From an uncultured Bacilli bacterium (GTDB lineage Bacteria; Bacillota_I; Bacilli_A; RF39; UBA660), in contig CALVRN010000002.1 of the NCBI GenBank assembly GCA_944358675.1, positions 43,955 to 107,954 on the forward strand: a stretch of DNA of 64,000 bases, in the 5' to 3' direction. Every line of letters starts with the position of its first letter. Positions within the stretch are counted from its first letter, which is position 1. Shown here one piece after another: positions 1 through 8,968 of this stretch. The notes under the pieces were generated by a model that saw nothing but the letters and a program-made list of their open reading frames with translations, did no database searches and was not told where the DNA came from. The position numbers and the translations under genes were made by a program.

Positions 1-89
1 TATCACACGCAATTTTATAATTTAATATTTATATGTTATAATTTAAGCAGAAACTTAAATTGTATTTTTGTTGATTGGAGGTAAAATAA

Positions 90-671
90 ATGAAAAGAAA
101 AATTTTTTTGAGTTTTAGGCCTGAATTTTTTAGGCCAATATTATATAACATGAAAATGTATGAATATAGAAAAAGATTTTGTGATGAACCAACGACAGCA
201 TATCTTTATCTAAGCGCCCCTGTACAAGAAGTAATAGGCATAATGGAATTGGGAAAACCAATACATACAGCTGAAAAAATAGACGATTATAATAAAGGTT
301 CTATTATATATGATAGAATTAAAAATTGCCTTAAAAATGGAGAAAAATTTGCTATTCCTATAGAATCTCTACAATTATTTAAACAGCCAATAAGTATAAA
401 TAAAATAAAAGAAATTGATAGTCATTTCAATGTTCCACAATGTTATTTGAATATTCAAAATTTTCCAGCAGTATATGAGTATTTAGAAAAACAAGAATTA
501 TATAATAAAGAATATATCAATTCTCACTCAAAATTATATGAAGACAATTTTTGTATGACCTGTAAGGAAATGGAAATGACAGAAGAATTTAAATTAAAAG
601 ATATTGAATATACCAAAAATAAGAAATATGATATAATTAAAGCGGGATACATAACGAGGAGGTCAAAATGA
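90..671 (+). CDS. ASCH-domain (PUA-like fold, COG4933-type) protein
   Basis: 193-aa ORF. N-terminus IFLSFRPEFFRPILYNMKMYEYRKRF...AYLYLSAPVQEVIGIMELG follows the ASCH pattern as I recall it (I.PEF..I..G.K.YEYRK ... Y.Y...PV..I.G). Its stop overlaps the next start (ATGA at 668-671). Confidence 0.55.
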   Translation: MKRKIFLSFRPEFFRPILYNMKMYEYRKRFCDEPTTAYLYLSAPVQEVIGIMELGKPIHTAEKIDDYNKGSIIYDRIKNCLKNGEKFAIPIESLQLFKQPISINKIKEIDSHFNVPQCYLNIQNFPAVYEYLEKQELYNKEYINSHSKLYEDNFCMTCKEMEMTEEFKLKDIEYTKNKKYDIIKAGYITRRSK

Positions 672-1765
672 AAAATGTATATTATCCATTAGCAGGAATG
701 AATTATATAATAGATGATTTAGCAGAAATTATAAAAAACAAAATGGACGGGAAAAAGGAAATTGTCTTATGGCTTTCGGCACAGGTTAATAGTTACCCAC
801 ATGTCGGTACTCTAACCAATTTTATTTCAGCCTTTGCATTAGCTAAACATTTCAAAAAATATTATAATGTTCCAGTAAAAATAAAAGTTGAGCTTTTAGA
901 AAGTGTTACTGGCGAAGAATTTATGATAGATGGAATTAAGTATTACAAAAATTTAAATATTGTTAAAGATAATAATGGATTAACAATTAAAGAAAAATTT
1001 TTCCCTTATTTTAAAGAGTTATTAGACAAATTAAGTAAAAAAGACAAAATAAATTATGAGGTATTATTTTTTTATGATTATCAAAAAAATCCATTAGTAA
1101 AAGAAGCACTTTATGAAGTAATACAGAACGAAAAAGAATTAAGATACACTTTAGATCCAAAAAATGGCGAAATTAGATTAAGAGTCCCATGCCCTAAATG
1201 TGGCTTAACAGAAAAACATCTTTCTAATACAAAAATTAAAGCTGTAGACAATAAAATTATTATAAATTCTTTTTGTCCAAAACATGGAAATTTTGAAGTA
1301 AAAATCGACAAAAATAGTAATGACAATTTTGATATGAATGTACCATTGCGTTATTTAGTAAAAATATTATATTTATTAAAGCAGGATAAAATTGATAATT
1401 CGTTGAATGTTATTGTTGATGGTGGCGATTGGTCTGGAATGTGGCCTTTACGAGTTTATATGGAACCATTGTTAAAAATGAAAATACATGATGTTCCAAG
1501 TATCATTTATACTCCAACGATATTAGATTGGTCAGGAAGTAAATTGTCAAAAAGAATGTACGTGGGAAATGAAGCGTACAGAGAATATTTAAAAGAAGGT
1601 CTAATTAATTATTCTGAATTTTATAATCAATATGGAGAAATCGGATTCGAAAGATTGTATAATGAAATAAATTCTTGGGTTTTATCTCCAAAGAAATTTA
1701 TTCGTGATTACACAATAGAATATATTGATGCTATTTTAAAAGATGAAAAAATAAATTATATATAA
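668..1765 (+). CDS. class I aminoacyl-tRNA-synthetase-like protein (HIGH-like and KMSKS-like signatures)
   Basis: 365-aa ORF. P-HVGT at residues 44-48 (HIGH-like) and SGSKLSKR near residue 290 (KMSKS-like; KLSKR is the GluRS-type variant), with class-I-like spacing. CPKCG-x24-CPKHG resembles a zinc knuckle. Too short for a complete synthetase and has no anticodon-binding domain. Confidence 0.5.
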   Translation: MKNVYYPLAGMNYIIDDLAEIIKNKMDGKKEIVLWLSAQVNSYPHVGTLTNFISAFALAKHFKKYYNVPVKIKVELLESVTGEEFMIDGIKYYKNLNIVKDNNGLTIKEKFFPYFKELLDKLSKKDKINYEVLFFYDYQKNPLVKEALYEVIQNEKELRYTLDPKNGEIRLRVPCPKCGLTEKHLSNTKIKAVDNKIIINSFCPKHGNFEVKIDKNSNDNFDMNVPLRYLVKILYLLKQDKIDNSLNVIVDGGDWSGMWPLRVYMEPLLKMKIHDVPSIIYTPTILDWSGSKLSKRMYVGNEAYREYLKEGLINYSEFYNQYGEIGFERLYNEINSWVLSPKKFIRDYTIEYIDAILKDEKINYI

Positions 1766-1836
1766 TATTCTAAAAACAAAACCGAAAATTTTGTTTTTTT
1801 ATGCTATAATATTGAGAAAACAATGAGGAGGTATAT

Positions 1837-3102
1837 ATGAGTAATTGTATAATGTGTGCGTCATATCAAAAATTTTATAGTGCTTTAAAAAACTTATCTG
1901 ACTTTATAAAAGCAGAAGAATTTTGCGATGTAGTTTCTTCCATTGATAGTTTTTTTTCTGAATTTAGAAATATAACATTTGTTTTGCAAAAATCATTAGA
2001 TTCTTCCAAAAATAAGAAAATATATAAGCAATTAAGAGATCAATATTTAACCAGTGATGAATTAAAATGGCTTAACGATAAGAGAGCTGAAATAATTCAT
2101 CAAAATCCCTTTAAATTAAATAAGCAAATAATGGTGAATGTATATTTTTATGGAAATAGTAATGAAATTATAAAACATAACTATACTTATGAAAATTGGG
2201 AAAATGCAAAACAATTAGAAAACGAAATTAAAGAGAAACTAAAAAAATTTAAAGCACCAGAAATATATTTGTCTATTATAATTAGATTTACTGAAAATGG
2301 TAAGGAAATAAATATTATTGATTTAATAAAGCATGGAATCGCCGATATGAATAGTTTTCTTACACAATTTAAATTATCCACCAATACTAACTGTCTTAAA
2401 TGTGAAAATATGGAATTAAAAATTTCTGAAAAAATTAAAGAAATATACATATATGAATTATGTTTAGAGAGAGATTATGAATATATACCAAGCACCAATT
2501 TACTAGAGCCTAAATCTAGAGCAAAAATGTTAGGACTTAATAATAATATAAAAAAAAAAGAAAAAAAAATTCCAATAAATAACAACTTTTTTCAAGGTAA
2601 TAATTTAAAAGATATGTTTAAAGATTTCATTTCACATCATATTCTTATTTATAAATTACAAAAACAACATATAATGCCTACTATGTTTATATTTTATAAA
2701 GATAAAACTTTTAAAATAAATTCCTTTTTGGCTGAATCAAAGGCCACATTTTATAGAGAAATAAATACCATAGCTACGCAAATAGAAAGAGAACATATTA
2801 TTGGCATTTTTGTTGTTTGGGAAAGCTATGTATTACCTACTAATATTAATTTTAATGAAAGATATGAAGAACGAGTAAAACATTCAGAAAAAACTATACT
2901 ATGTTTCTATTATATTGATAAAAGTTTAGAAGAAATATTTACCTTTGTTAATAGTGAAACAATTAAAAATGATATATATAAATCCATTAAAGAATCCAAT
3001 TTTAACAGTACTATTAATCCACATTATCAACTTTTTTATTCAATAAGATATAATTTTGCAAAAACTTATCATAAATATTTAAATCTCAAAAATTTTAAAT
3101 AA
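1837..3102 (+). CDS. hypothetical protein, no recognisable domain
   Basis: 421-aa ORF with RBS GAGGAGG 7 nt upstream and a TGcTATAAT extended -10 at 1802-1810. I recognise no motif. Confidence 0.5.
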   Translation: MSNCIMCASYQKFYSALKNLSDFIKAEEFCDVVSSIDSFFSEFRNITFVLQKSLDSSKNKKIYKQLRDQYLTSDELKWLNDKRAEIIHQNPFKLNKQIMVNVYFYGNSNEIIKHNYTYENWENAKQLENEIKEKLKKFKAPEIYLSIIIRFTENGKEINIIDLIKHGIADMNSFLTQFKLSTNTNCLKCENMELKISEKIKEIYIYELCLERDYEYIPSTNLLEPKSRAKMLGLNNNIKKKEKKIPINNNFFQGNNLKDMFKDFISHHILIYKLQKQHIMPTMFIFYKDKTFKINSFLAESKATFYREINTIATQIEREHIIGIFVVWESYVLPTNINFNERYEERVKHSEKTILCFYYIDKSLEEIFTFVNSETIKNDIYKSIKESNFNSTINPHYQLFYSIRYNFAKTYHKYLNLKNFK

Positions 3103-3226
3103 TCAGACATATAGCATTGATATTTTTATTGTAATTTAGTAAAATATTAATAGATTTGATATTTATCAATCTTGTTTTGAGCAAAAGTTCGAGATAGGCT
3201 CGACTGTGGCTCCATTGAAATTTAAA

Positions 3227-3251
3227 CTCACACATTTAAGTGTGGGTTTTT
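3227..3251 (+). terminator. intrinsic terminator hairpin
   Basis: CTCACAC-ATTTAA-GTGTGGG (7 bp including one G-U) followed by TTTTT. Lies 125 nt after the stop of the 1837-3102 gene. Confidence 0.6.
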
Positions 3252-3293
3252 ACTATGCTAAAATTTTAGTGTCAACGGATATTTTAAAAACTA

Positions 3294-3321
3294 TTGACAT
3301 TTTATAAATAAATGTTAGAAT
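3294..3321 (+). promoter_or_regulatory. sigma-A-type promoter of the synthetase-paralogue operon
   Basis: TTGACA (3294-3299), 16-nt spacer, extended -10 TGtTAGAAT (3313-3321). A second TGtTATAAT lies at 3422-3430. Confidence 0.5.
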
Positions 3322-3453
3322 ACTTATAATCATAAGAGCAAAGCTATGTGCATTTTAAAATTAATTTTCAAAAAAATTATTCCTTTATGCATAATCAATT
3401 ATTTAAAATACATTATTAAACTGTTATAATATACAAAAGGAAGTGATATATAC

Positions 3454-4479
3454 GTGATACAAGAACCAAACACTTGGAAACATCCAGATACACATTATTT
3501 AAAAGCTTTAGAAAACCCATGGTATAAAACATTAGTAAAATTAGAAAACTTGGTAACAACAGAAACAATGTATTTTTATCAAAAAAGAGGAATAATAACT
3601 ATTCATCTACCTGTAACAACAGGATCTATCTCTAGCCCAATGGGCAGAGGAAGTGACTCCTTACCAGTAAAGATAAATATAGATGGTGTTGATACTTATT
3701 TAGCAGATTCAATGCAATTTCTATTAGAATATGGTTGCCGATTAAACGAAAAAGGAGTTTATTATATCATGCCAACGTTTAGAGGTGAAAAAGCCGATGA
3801 AAGACATTTATGCCAATTTTATCATAGCGAAGCCGAAATACCTGGAAAATTAGAAGATGTCATGAAGCTAGTTAATGATTATATTAAATATTTGTCAAAA
3901 CAAATCATCAAAAAAATGGGACATGAATTGGAAGAAAAGATAGGTGATATTTCACATATAAAGAAAATTGCTAATTATGATGGTGAATTTCCACAAATAA
4001 CATTTGATGAAGCAGAAAAAAAATTAAAAAAATTACATTCCAAAGACATAAAAAAGTATATTGAATATGAAAATGGCTGGCGAAACATAACAAAAAAAGG
4101 TGAAAAAGAATTAATAAAATTATATAAAGGAATTGTTTGGGTTACTAATTATGATGAACTTGCAGTACCTTTTTATCAGCAAACTGATCAAAATATTAAG
4201 GGGACAGCTAGAAACGCAGATTTGTTAATGGGAATCGGTGAAACGGTTGGTTGTGGTGAACGACATTATAAATATACTACACTAAAAAAATCATTACAAC
4301 AGCATGAAATCAATGCCAAGGAATATGAATGGTATATAAAATTAAGAAAGAAGTATCCAATGCAAACTTCAGGCTTTGGAATGGGAATAGAGAGATTCTT
4401 AATGTGGGTATTAAAAGCAAAAGACATAAGAAACATGCAAATATGTTTAAGATTTAATGGAGAGAATATATTACCATAG
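3454..4479 (+). CDS. Asn/AspRS-type class IIb synthetase catalytic core paralogue lacking the anticodon-binding domain
   Basis: 341 aa, GTG start with RBS AAGGAAGTGA. Motif 2-like FRGEKADERHLCQFYHSEAE. Motif 3-like SGFGMGIERFLMWVL...IRNM. GCGERHY resembles the AsnRS GGSQRE region. No N-terminal OB fold. Confidence 0.7.
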   Translation: MIQEPNTWKHPDTHYLKALENPWYKTLVKLENLVTTETMYFYQKRGIITIHLPVTTGSISSPMGRGSDSLPVKINIDGVDTYLADSMQFLLEYGCRLNEKGVYYIMPTFRGEKADERHLCQFYHSEAEIPGKLEDVMKLVNDYIKYLSKQIIKKMGHELEEKIGDISHIKKIANYDGEFPQITFDEAEKKLKKLHSKDIKKYIEYENGWRNITKKGEKELIKLYKGIVWVTNYDELAVPFYQQTDQNIKGTARNADLLMGIGETVGCGERHYKYTTLKKSLQQHEINAKEYEWYIKLRKKYPMQTSGFGMGIERFLMWVLKAKDIRNMQICLRFNGENILP

Positions 4480-4489
4480 GAGCTTATAA

Positions 4490-5374
4490 ATGAAAGAATA
4501 CGTTGGTAAAGAATTAATAATAATGGCATGTTCTAACTGCAATATAAAATGCTCGCATTGCTATATTAGTTATAAAGGTAATCGAACATCAGAAGAACTT
4601 CTAGAATTAGTTAAACATTTAAAAGGAAGATATCAAATAAATATTAATGGTGCTGAAATTCTAACAAACCCAGAATATTTAAAATCTTATAAAGAAATTG
4701 GGCAACAATTCGTTCTTACAAATGGAAAAGCAATTTTGATAAATCCAAATATTATTAATATTTTAAAACATAATGGAATAACATCAGTTTCGATTTCTTA
4801 TCACTTTGGAATTCAAGATGAACTTTCACCAATCAAACTTTATGATTTAGATAAAGCCATAAATATAATTAAAAAAAGCGGTTTAGAATTTCGACTTTTA
4901 ACAACAATTACTTCTGATAATTATAAATTAATTCCATATATGTGTGCTAGAGCTTATAGTATGGGAGCACGAGGTATAAAGTTTACTAATTTCTTAAGAC
5001 AGGGTAATGCTAAAAATTTAGATAATGCAAACATATTAACAGATCAAAAAATAATAGAAGTATTTAAAAAAATAATGGAAGTAAGGCAAAAATATGATAT
5101 AAATGATTTAATTATAGAAAGATGTGGAAGTTTTGGTAAAAATCCTTTATCAAAGCATGACAATTTTTATTGTGATTGTATTACTGATTCCGTAGTATTG
5201 ACTCCGGATAATAATATTTATCCTTGTGTGTTTTTAGCACAACCAGGTTTTGAAATTGGAATATTTGAAAATGGAATTATCAAAATTGATGAAGACTTTA
5301 TTAATAATCACAAACAATGTTTAGCTAAAAGCATTTGCAATGAAAAAGTAAAAAAACTAGTAAAAAGGAGATGA
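4490..5374 (+). CDS. radical SAM enzyme with Cys-rich (SPASM/twitch-like) C-terminus
   Basis: 294 aa. CNIKCSHC = Cx3Cx2C at residues 17-24. C-terminal cysteines are CGSF...YCDC...YPCVF...QCLAKSIC. Confidence 0.8.
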   Translation: MKEYVGKELIIMACSNCNIKCSHCYISYKGNRTSEELLELVKHLKGRYQININGAEILTNPEYLKSYKEIGQQFVLTNGKAILINPNIINILKHNGITSVSISYHFGIQDELSPIKLYDLDKAINIIKKSGLEFRLLTTITSDNYKLIPYMCARAYSMGARGIKFTNFLRQGNAKNLDNANILTDQKIIEVFKKIMEVRQKYDINDLIIERCGSFGKNPLSKHDNFYCDCITDSVVLTPDNNIYPCVFLAQPGFEIGIFENGIIKIDEDFINNHKQCLAKSICNEKVKKLVKRR

Positions 5375-5379
5375 TAAGT

Positions 5380-6207
5380 ATGAAAAAAGTAAAAAAAGAA
5401 GATTTAGATAAATTAAGCTATACAGATTTTGTTTCATTAATATGTGAAGAAAATAGACCATCAGGAGGAAAATTTACAATTAGAGAAATAGCAAAAAATT
5501 CATTTATAACGAAAGATTCAAAAGTATTAGAAATTGGATGCACAAACGGATTTTCATCATTAGAAATTAATAAATTAACTAATTGCACAGTAATAGGTAT
5601 AGACATCAATGAAAACAGTGTTGATAACGCAAAAAAAAGAATTGCTGAAAATGGCCTTGATTCAAGCAGAATATCCTTTGAAGTTGGTAATGCTGAAGAA
5701 CTTCAATTTTCTGATAATGAATTTGACTTGATTATTTGTGGCAATGCCATGTCATTTGTTTCAAACAAAAGTAAAGCCATTGAAGAATTAAAAAGAGTAT
5801 TAAAGCCAAACGGTTTTATTTCAATTGTCCCTATATGGTACAAGGATATACCAGATAAAAATATTATTGACAAAGTCAACGATGAATTAGGTTTTCAAAT
5901 CAATTGTACTTTTGAACAAGACTGGAATAATTATAATAAATGGAATTTAGAATTATATTACAAAAAAGACTATAGTTTTGTAAAAAGAGCCAAAGCTGAT
6001 ATTGAAAGATATGTTGACAATATGATTGATAATAAACCACATCTAGACATATATAATGAAGAAGAAAAAAAGGTCATAAAAAACAGATGGGAAAGAACTA
6101 TGGAAGTATTTAACGACAACTTAAGTTTAACTAATTTTTCAATTATATTATTGCGTAAAAATTTAGTGAAAGAAGAAGAGGAGCTATTCATAATAAACCA
6201 AAACTAG
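5380..6207 (+). CDS. class I SAM-dependent methyltransferase
   Basis: Motif I VLEIGCTNGFSS and motif-post-I IGIDIN. The track start at 5371 abuts the RBS AAGGAG (5365-5370), so the ATG at 5380 is the more likely start. Confidence 0.8.
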   Translation: MKKVKKEDLDKLSYTDFVSLICEENRPSGGKFTIREIAKNSFITKDSKVLEIGCTNGFSSLEINKLTNCTVIGIDINENSVDNAKKRIAENGLDSSRISFEVGNAEELQFSDNEFDLIICGNAMSFVSNKSKAIEELKRVLKPNGFISIVPIWYKDIPDKNIIDKVNDELGFQINCTFEQDWNNYNKWNLELYYKKDYSFVKRAKADIERYVDNMIDNKPHLDIYNEEEKKVIKNRWERTMEVFNDNLSLTNFSIILLRKNLVKEEEELFIINQN

Positions 6208-6235
6208 ATAAATACTAATTAGGAGGAAGGATTTT

Positions 6236-7723
6236 ATGGAAAAAGCACAAAATAATGAATATGAAGTTAGAAAAATAAAATTAAAAGAATTAAAAAAGGA
6301 AATGGTGGTTTATAAGGACAAATATGATAATATAATTGATTTAAATTTAATTGAAGATTTGCCGGAAGGACAACATGTTAGAGTTGCTGGAAGAGTTGTT
6401 TCCAAAAGATCTTTTGGTAAATTAATGTTTTTAAATTTATATGATGTAAATGGAACAGCTCAAATATCAGTCGCCAAACAAGATTTAGGAGATGATTTTA
6501 ATTTATTTAAAAATAATATTGATGTTGGTGATTACATAGGTGTTGAAGGTAATATTTATATCACAAAAACAGGTATAAAAACCATAAAAACAGATAGTGG
6601 TGAATTATTAAGTAAATCATTAAGACCACTTCCTGAAAAATATCATGGCATAACAGCCCCTGATATAAAATATAGACAAAGATATTTAGATATCATTTCT
6701 AATGATTCTACAAGAAAAACATTTCAAAAAAGAATTCAAATATTAAATGATATTAAAGATTTTCTACGTTCCAATCAATTTGTAGAAGTAGAAACCCCAA
6801 TTTTACAAAATGTTGCTTCTGGGGCTAATGCAAAACCATTTATAACTAAACATAACGCTTTAGATGAGGACTTCTATTTAAGAATTGCTCCAGAATTATA
6901 TTTAAAACAAGTAGTAGAAAGTGGTTTTAATAGAGTATTTGAAATGGGTAAAAATTTTAGAAATGAAGGAATGGATGCTTCTCACTTACAAGAATTTACT
7001 ATGTTAGAGTGGTATGCAGCATATTGGGATTATTTAAAAAATATGGACTTTTTAGAGAGCTTATTAAAAACTGTAATTTCTGATGTTAATGGCAGTCTTG
7101 ATGTTCAATACCAAGGACAAGTGTTTGATTTTAGTAAATTTGAAAAAATTAATTATTCTCAAACTGTTAGTGAATTATTAAATACTGACATTTTAGAATT
7201 CAAAGATGTCGAAGAAATAAAAAAACTATTAAAAGATAACCAAATTTTCTCTGATGATGATTTAGCAGATTTAACTTCTGTTACATCAGCTATTGATTTA
7301 ATTTTTAAGAAAAAAATCAGACCTTATTTAATCCAACCCACAATTCTTTATGATTATCCAGCTTATATGATACCATTAGCTAGAAGAAACGACAATGACC
7401 CAAGAAAAATTGATATGTTTCAATTAGTAGTAAATGGCTGGGAAGTTTCAAAATGTTATTCAGAACTAATCGATCCAGAAATTCAAAGAGAAACGTTTAT
7501 TCAACAGATGATTGATAAAACAAACGGTGATGATGAAGCAATGTCAATTGATGAAGATTTTATTTTAGCCATGGAACATGGAATGCCTCCAATGTCAGGA
7601 TTAGGGTTAGGTATTGACAGGGTTGTTTCCATATTAACTGATGAACCTACTTTAAGAGATGTTATTTTATTTCCACAGATGAAAAAAAATAATCAAGCTC
7701 ATCAAAAAGTTTTAAAAAAATAG
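6236..7723 (+). CDS. lysS: lysyl-tRNA synthetase, class II, full length but divergent in motif 2
   Basis: 495 aa. N-terminal OB region (VRVAGRVVSKRSFGKLMFLNLYD), LRPLPEKYHG, RYRQRYLDII, FRNEGMD...EFTMLEWY, and motif 3 GLGLGIDRVVSILT...RDVILFP. Confidence 0.85.
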   Translation: MEKAQNNEYEVRKIKLKELKKEMVVYKDKYDNIIDLNLIEDLPEGQHVRVAGRVVSKRSFGKLMFLNLYDVNGTAQISVAKQDLGDDFNLFKNNIDVGDYIGVEGNIYITKTGIKTIKTDSGELLSKSLRPLPEKYHGITAPDIKYRQRYLDIISNDSTRKTFQKRIQILNDIKDFLRSNQFVEVETPILQNVASGANAKPFITKHNALDEDFYLRIAPELYLKQVVESGFNRVFEMGKNFRNEGMDASHLQEFTMLEWYAAYWDYLKNMDFLESLLKTVISDVNGSLDVQYQGQVFDFSKFEKINYSQTVSELLNTDILEFKDVEEIKKLLKDNQIFSDDDLADLTSVTSAIDLIFKKKIRPYLIQPTILYDYPAYMIPLARRNDNDPRKIDMFQLVVNGWEVSKCYSELIDPEIQRETFIQQMIDKTNGDDEAMSIDEDFILAMEHGMPPMSGLGLGIDRVVSILTDEPTLRDVILFPQMKKNNQAHQKVLKK

Positions 7724-7756
7724 ATATTCATCAATAGTTTAGGAGGCAAGTAAAAG

Positions 7757-8968
7757 ATGGATTATAATCAATTAGTATCTTTAAAAAAATATATTTGTTC
7801 TGATTATATTAATTATTATAAAGAAAAAGGTTATGATGAGGCACCATCATTACCACTAGATTATAAAGAAGATATCACTTTGGATTTTACCACTTGTACT
7901 ATTTGTAGAGCTAAAGAAAATATTAGAAAAGGAAAAAGAGGAAAAGATTATGTTATGATTCAGCCAGCATTACGTAACACTCATATAGATGTTTTAAGTA
8001 ATATGCATGATGAAGATTTCTTTTTTTCCTTTTTTTCAATGATGGGTGGCTTTAAATATTATTCTAACAATTCTGAAGCCAGTGTTGAATTTAGTCAAAT
8101 AATAAAAAATGAATTTGATTTTTTAAAAAAATACATGAATAATATTGTACTAACTATTCCAATACAATATAAAAACAATTTAAAAATAGATGATGAAACT
8201 ATGTCATATTTAATACATAATGGTTGTAAAATTGTGCTTTCTGAAAATGATGAAAACAATTTAAAATGGAAATATGGAATTTCCAATGTTGTTGGTTATG
8301 GAACAAGGTGGGAAATTTCAAATGGTGGAGATTTAGTAAATTGGGGAAATACAATTAATGTTTTCGTTAATAGCAAACCATTTGGTGTTGATTTTGGAGG
8401 AGGAGTCGAATCTTTAATTTATGCCTATCTAAAGTTAAAAAAATCCATTTATGCAAATGATGCTATGACAGATATGACCAAAGAATTTTGTGAAGAAGAC
8501 ACAGTAAGAGAAAAAATTATTGATTGTATTGTTTCATCAATGTGTATTATTTCAAATAAGAAAAAAATAATTTTAAGAGATAAATACATTTTAGAAACTT
8601 ATATGCGTTTACTTTATTCATTTATGATGATAACTAATCTTTCTGAAGAGGATATTTTAAAAATTGTTAATGATATTAATCAAAAGAATATTAAATTTTT
8701 ACAATTAAAAAATATGACAGAAATTTTTGCAACTTATTTACACAAGGCAAAAAGAAACTTTGACATAATTCTAAATAGTGAAAATATAAATACTGTTTTA
8801 AAATTATTTGATTTCTGTTATAATGAAAGTGATAATAATTGGATGAAGAAAAAAAGAATATTACATAATCACTGTGCCAAATATTTTGTCAACTTATCAG
8901 AAGTGGATTTATTAGCCCTTCAAAAATTCAAAGAAAAGAAATTGAAAAAAGAAAGGAAATTAGTATGA
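7757..8968 (+). CDS. AlaRS-like catalytic-domain paralogue (no editing or C-Ala domains)
   Basis: 403 aa. YINYYKEKGYDEAPSLPL..DITLDFTT....IQPALRN...FFFSFFSMMGGFKYY parallels the AlaRS N-terminal pattern F..FF..KGH...PS..L.P.DPTLLFT....Q.C.R....TFFEMLGNFSFGDYF. GVDFGGGVESL resembles DTGMGLERL. Confidence 0.6.
   Translation: MDYNQLVSLKKYICSDYINYYKEKGYDEAPSLPLDYKEDITLDFTTCTICRAKENIRKGKRGKDYVMIQPALRNTHIDVLSNMHDEDFFFSFFSMMGGFKYYSNNSEASVEFSQIIKNEFDFLKKYMNNIVLTIPIQYKNNLKIDDETMSYLIHNGCKIVLSENDENNLKWKYGISNVVGYGTRWEISNGGDLVNWGNTINVFVNSKPFGVDFGGGVESLIYAYLKLKKSIYANDAMTDMTKEFCEEDTVREKIIDCIVSSMCIISNKKKIILRDKYILETYMRLLYSFMMITNLSEEDILKIVNDINQKNIKFLQLKNMTEIFATYLHKAKRNFDIILNSENINTVLKLFDFCYNESDNNWMKKKRILHNHCAKYFVNLSEVDLLALQKFKEKKLKKERKLV

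Noticed and set aside
1772-1800. Possible terminator after gene 668-1765 (AAAAACAAAA-CCGAAAA-TTTTGTTTTT).
   Set aside because: The stem is almost entirely A-U with a single G-C pair, so it is too weak to call with confidence, although a TGcTATAAT promoter follows at 1802-1810.
3187-3203. GTTCGAGAT, resembling a tRNA T-loop (GTTCGAAT), raising the possibility of a tRNA or tRNA-like element next to the synthetase paralogues.
   Set aside because: I could not build an acceptor stem, D-arm or anticodon arm around it. The sequence simply forms a TCGAG/CTCGA hairpin.
3346-3429. The idea that the 27-codon leader ORF is a Lys/Ile-sensing attenuation peptide (5 Lys and 8 Ile codons, including KK and three II pairs) for the LysRS-containing operon.
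   Set aside because: K, I, L, N and Y dominate any random ORF in DNA this AT-rich. No alternative terminator/antiterminator structures follow the ORF.
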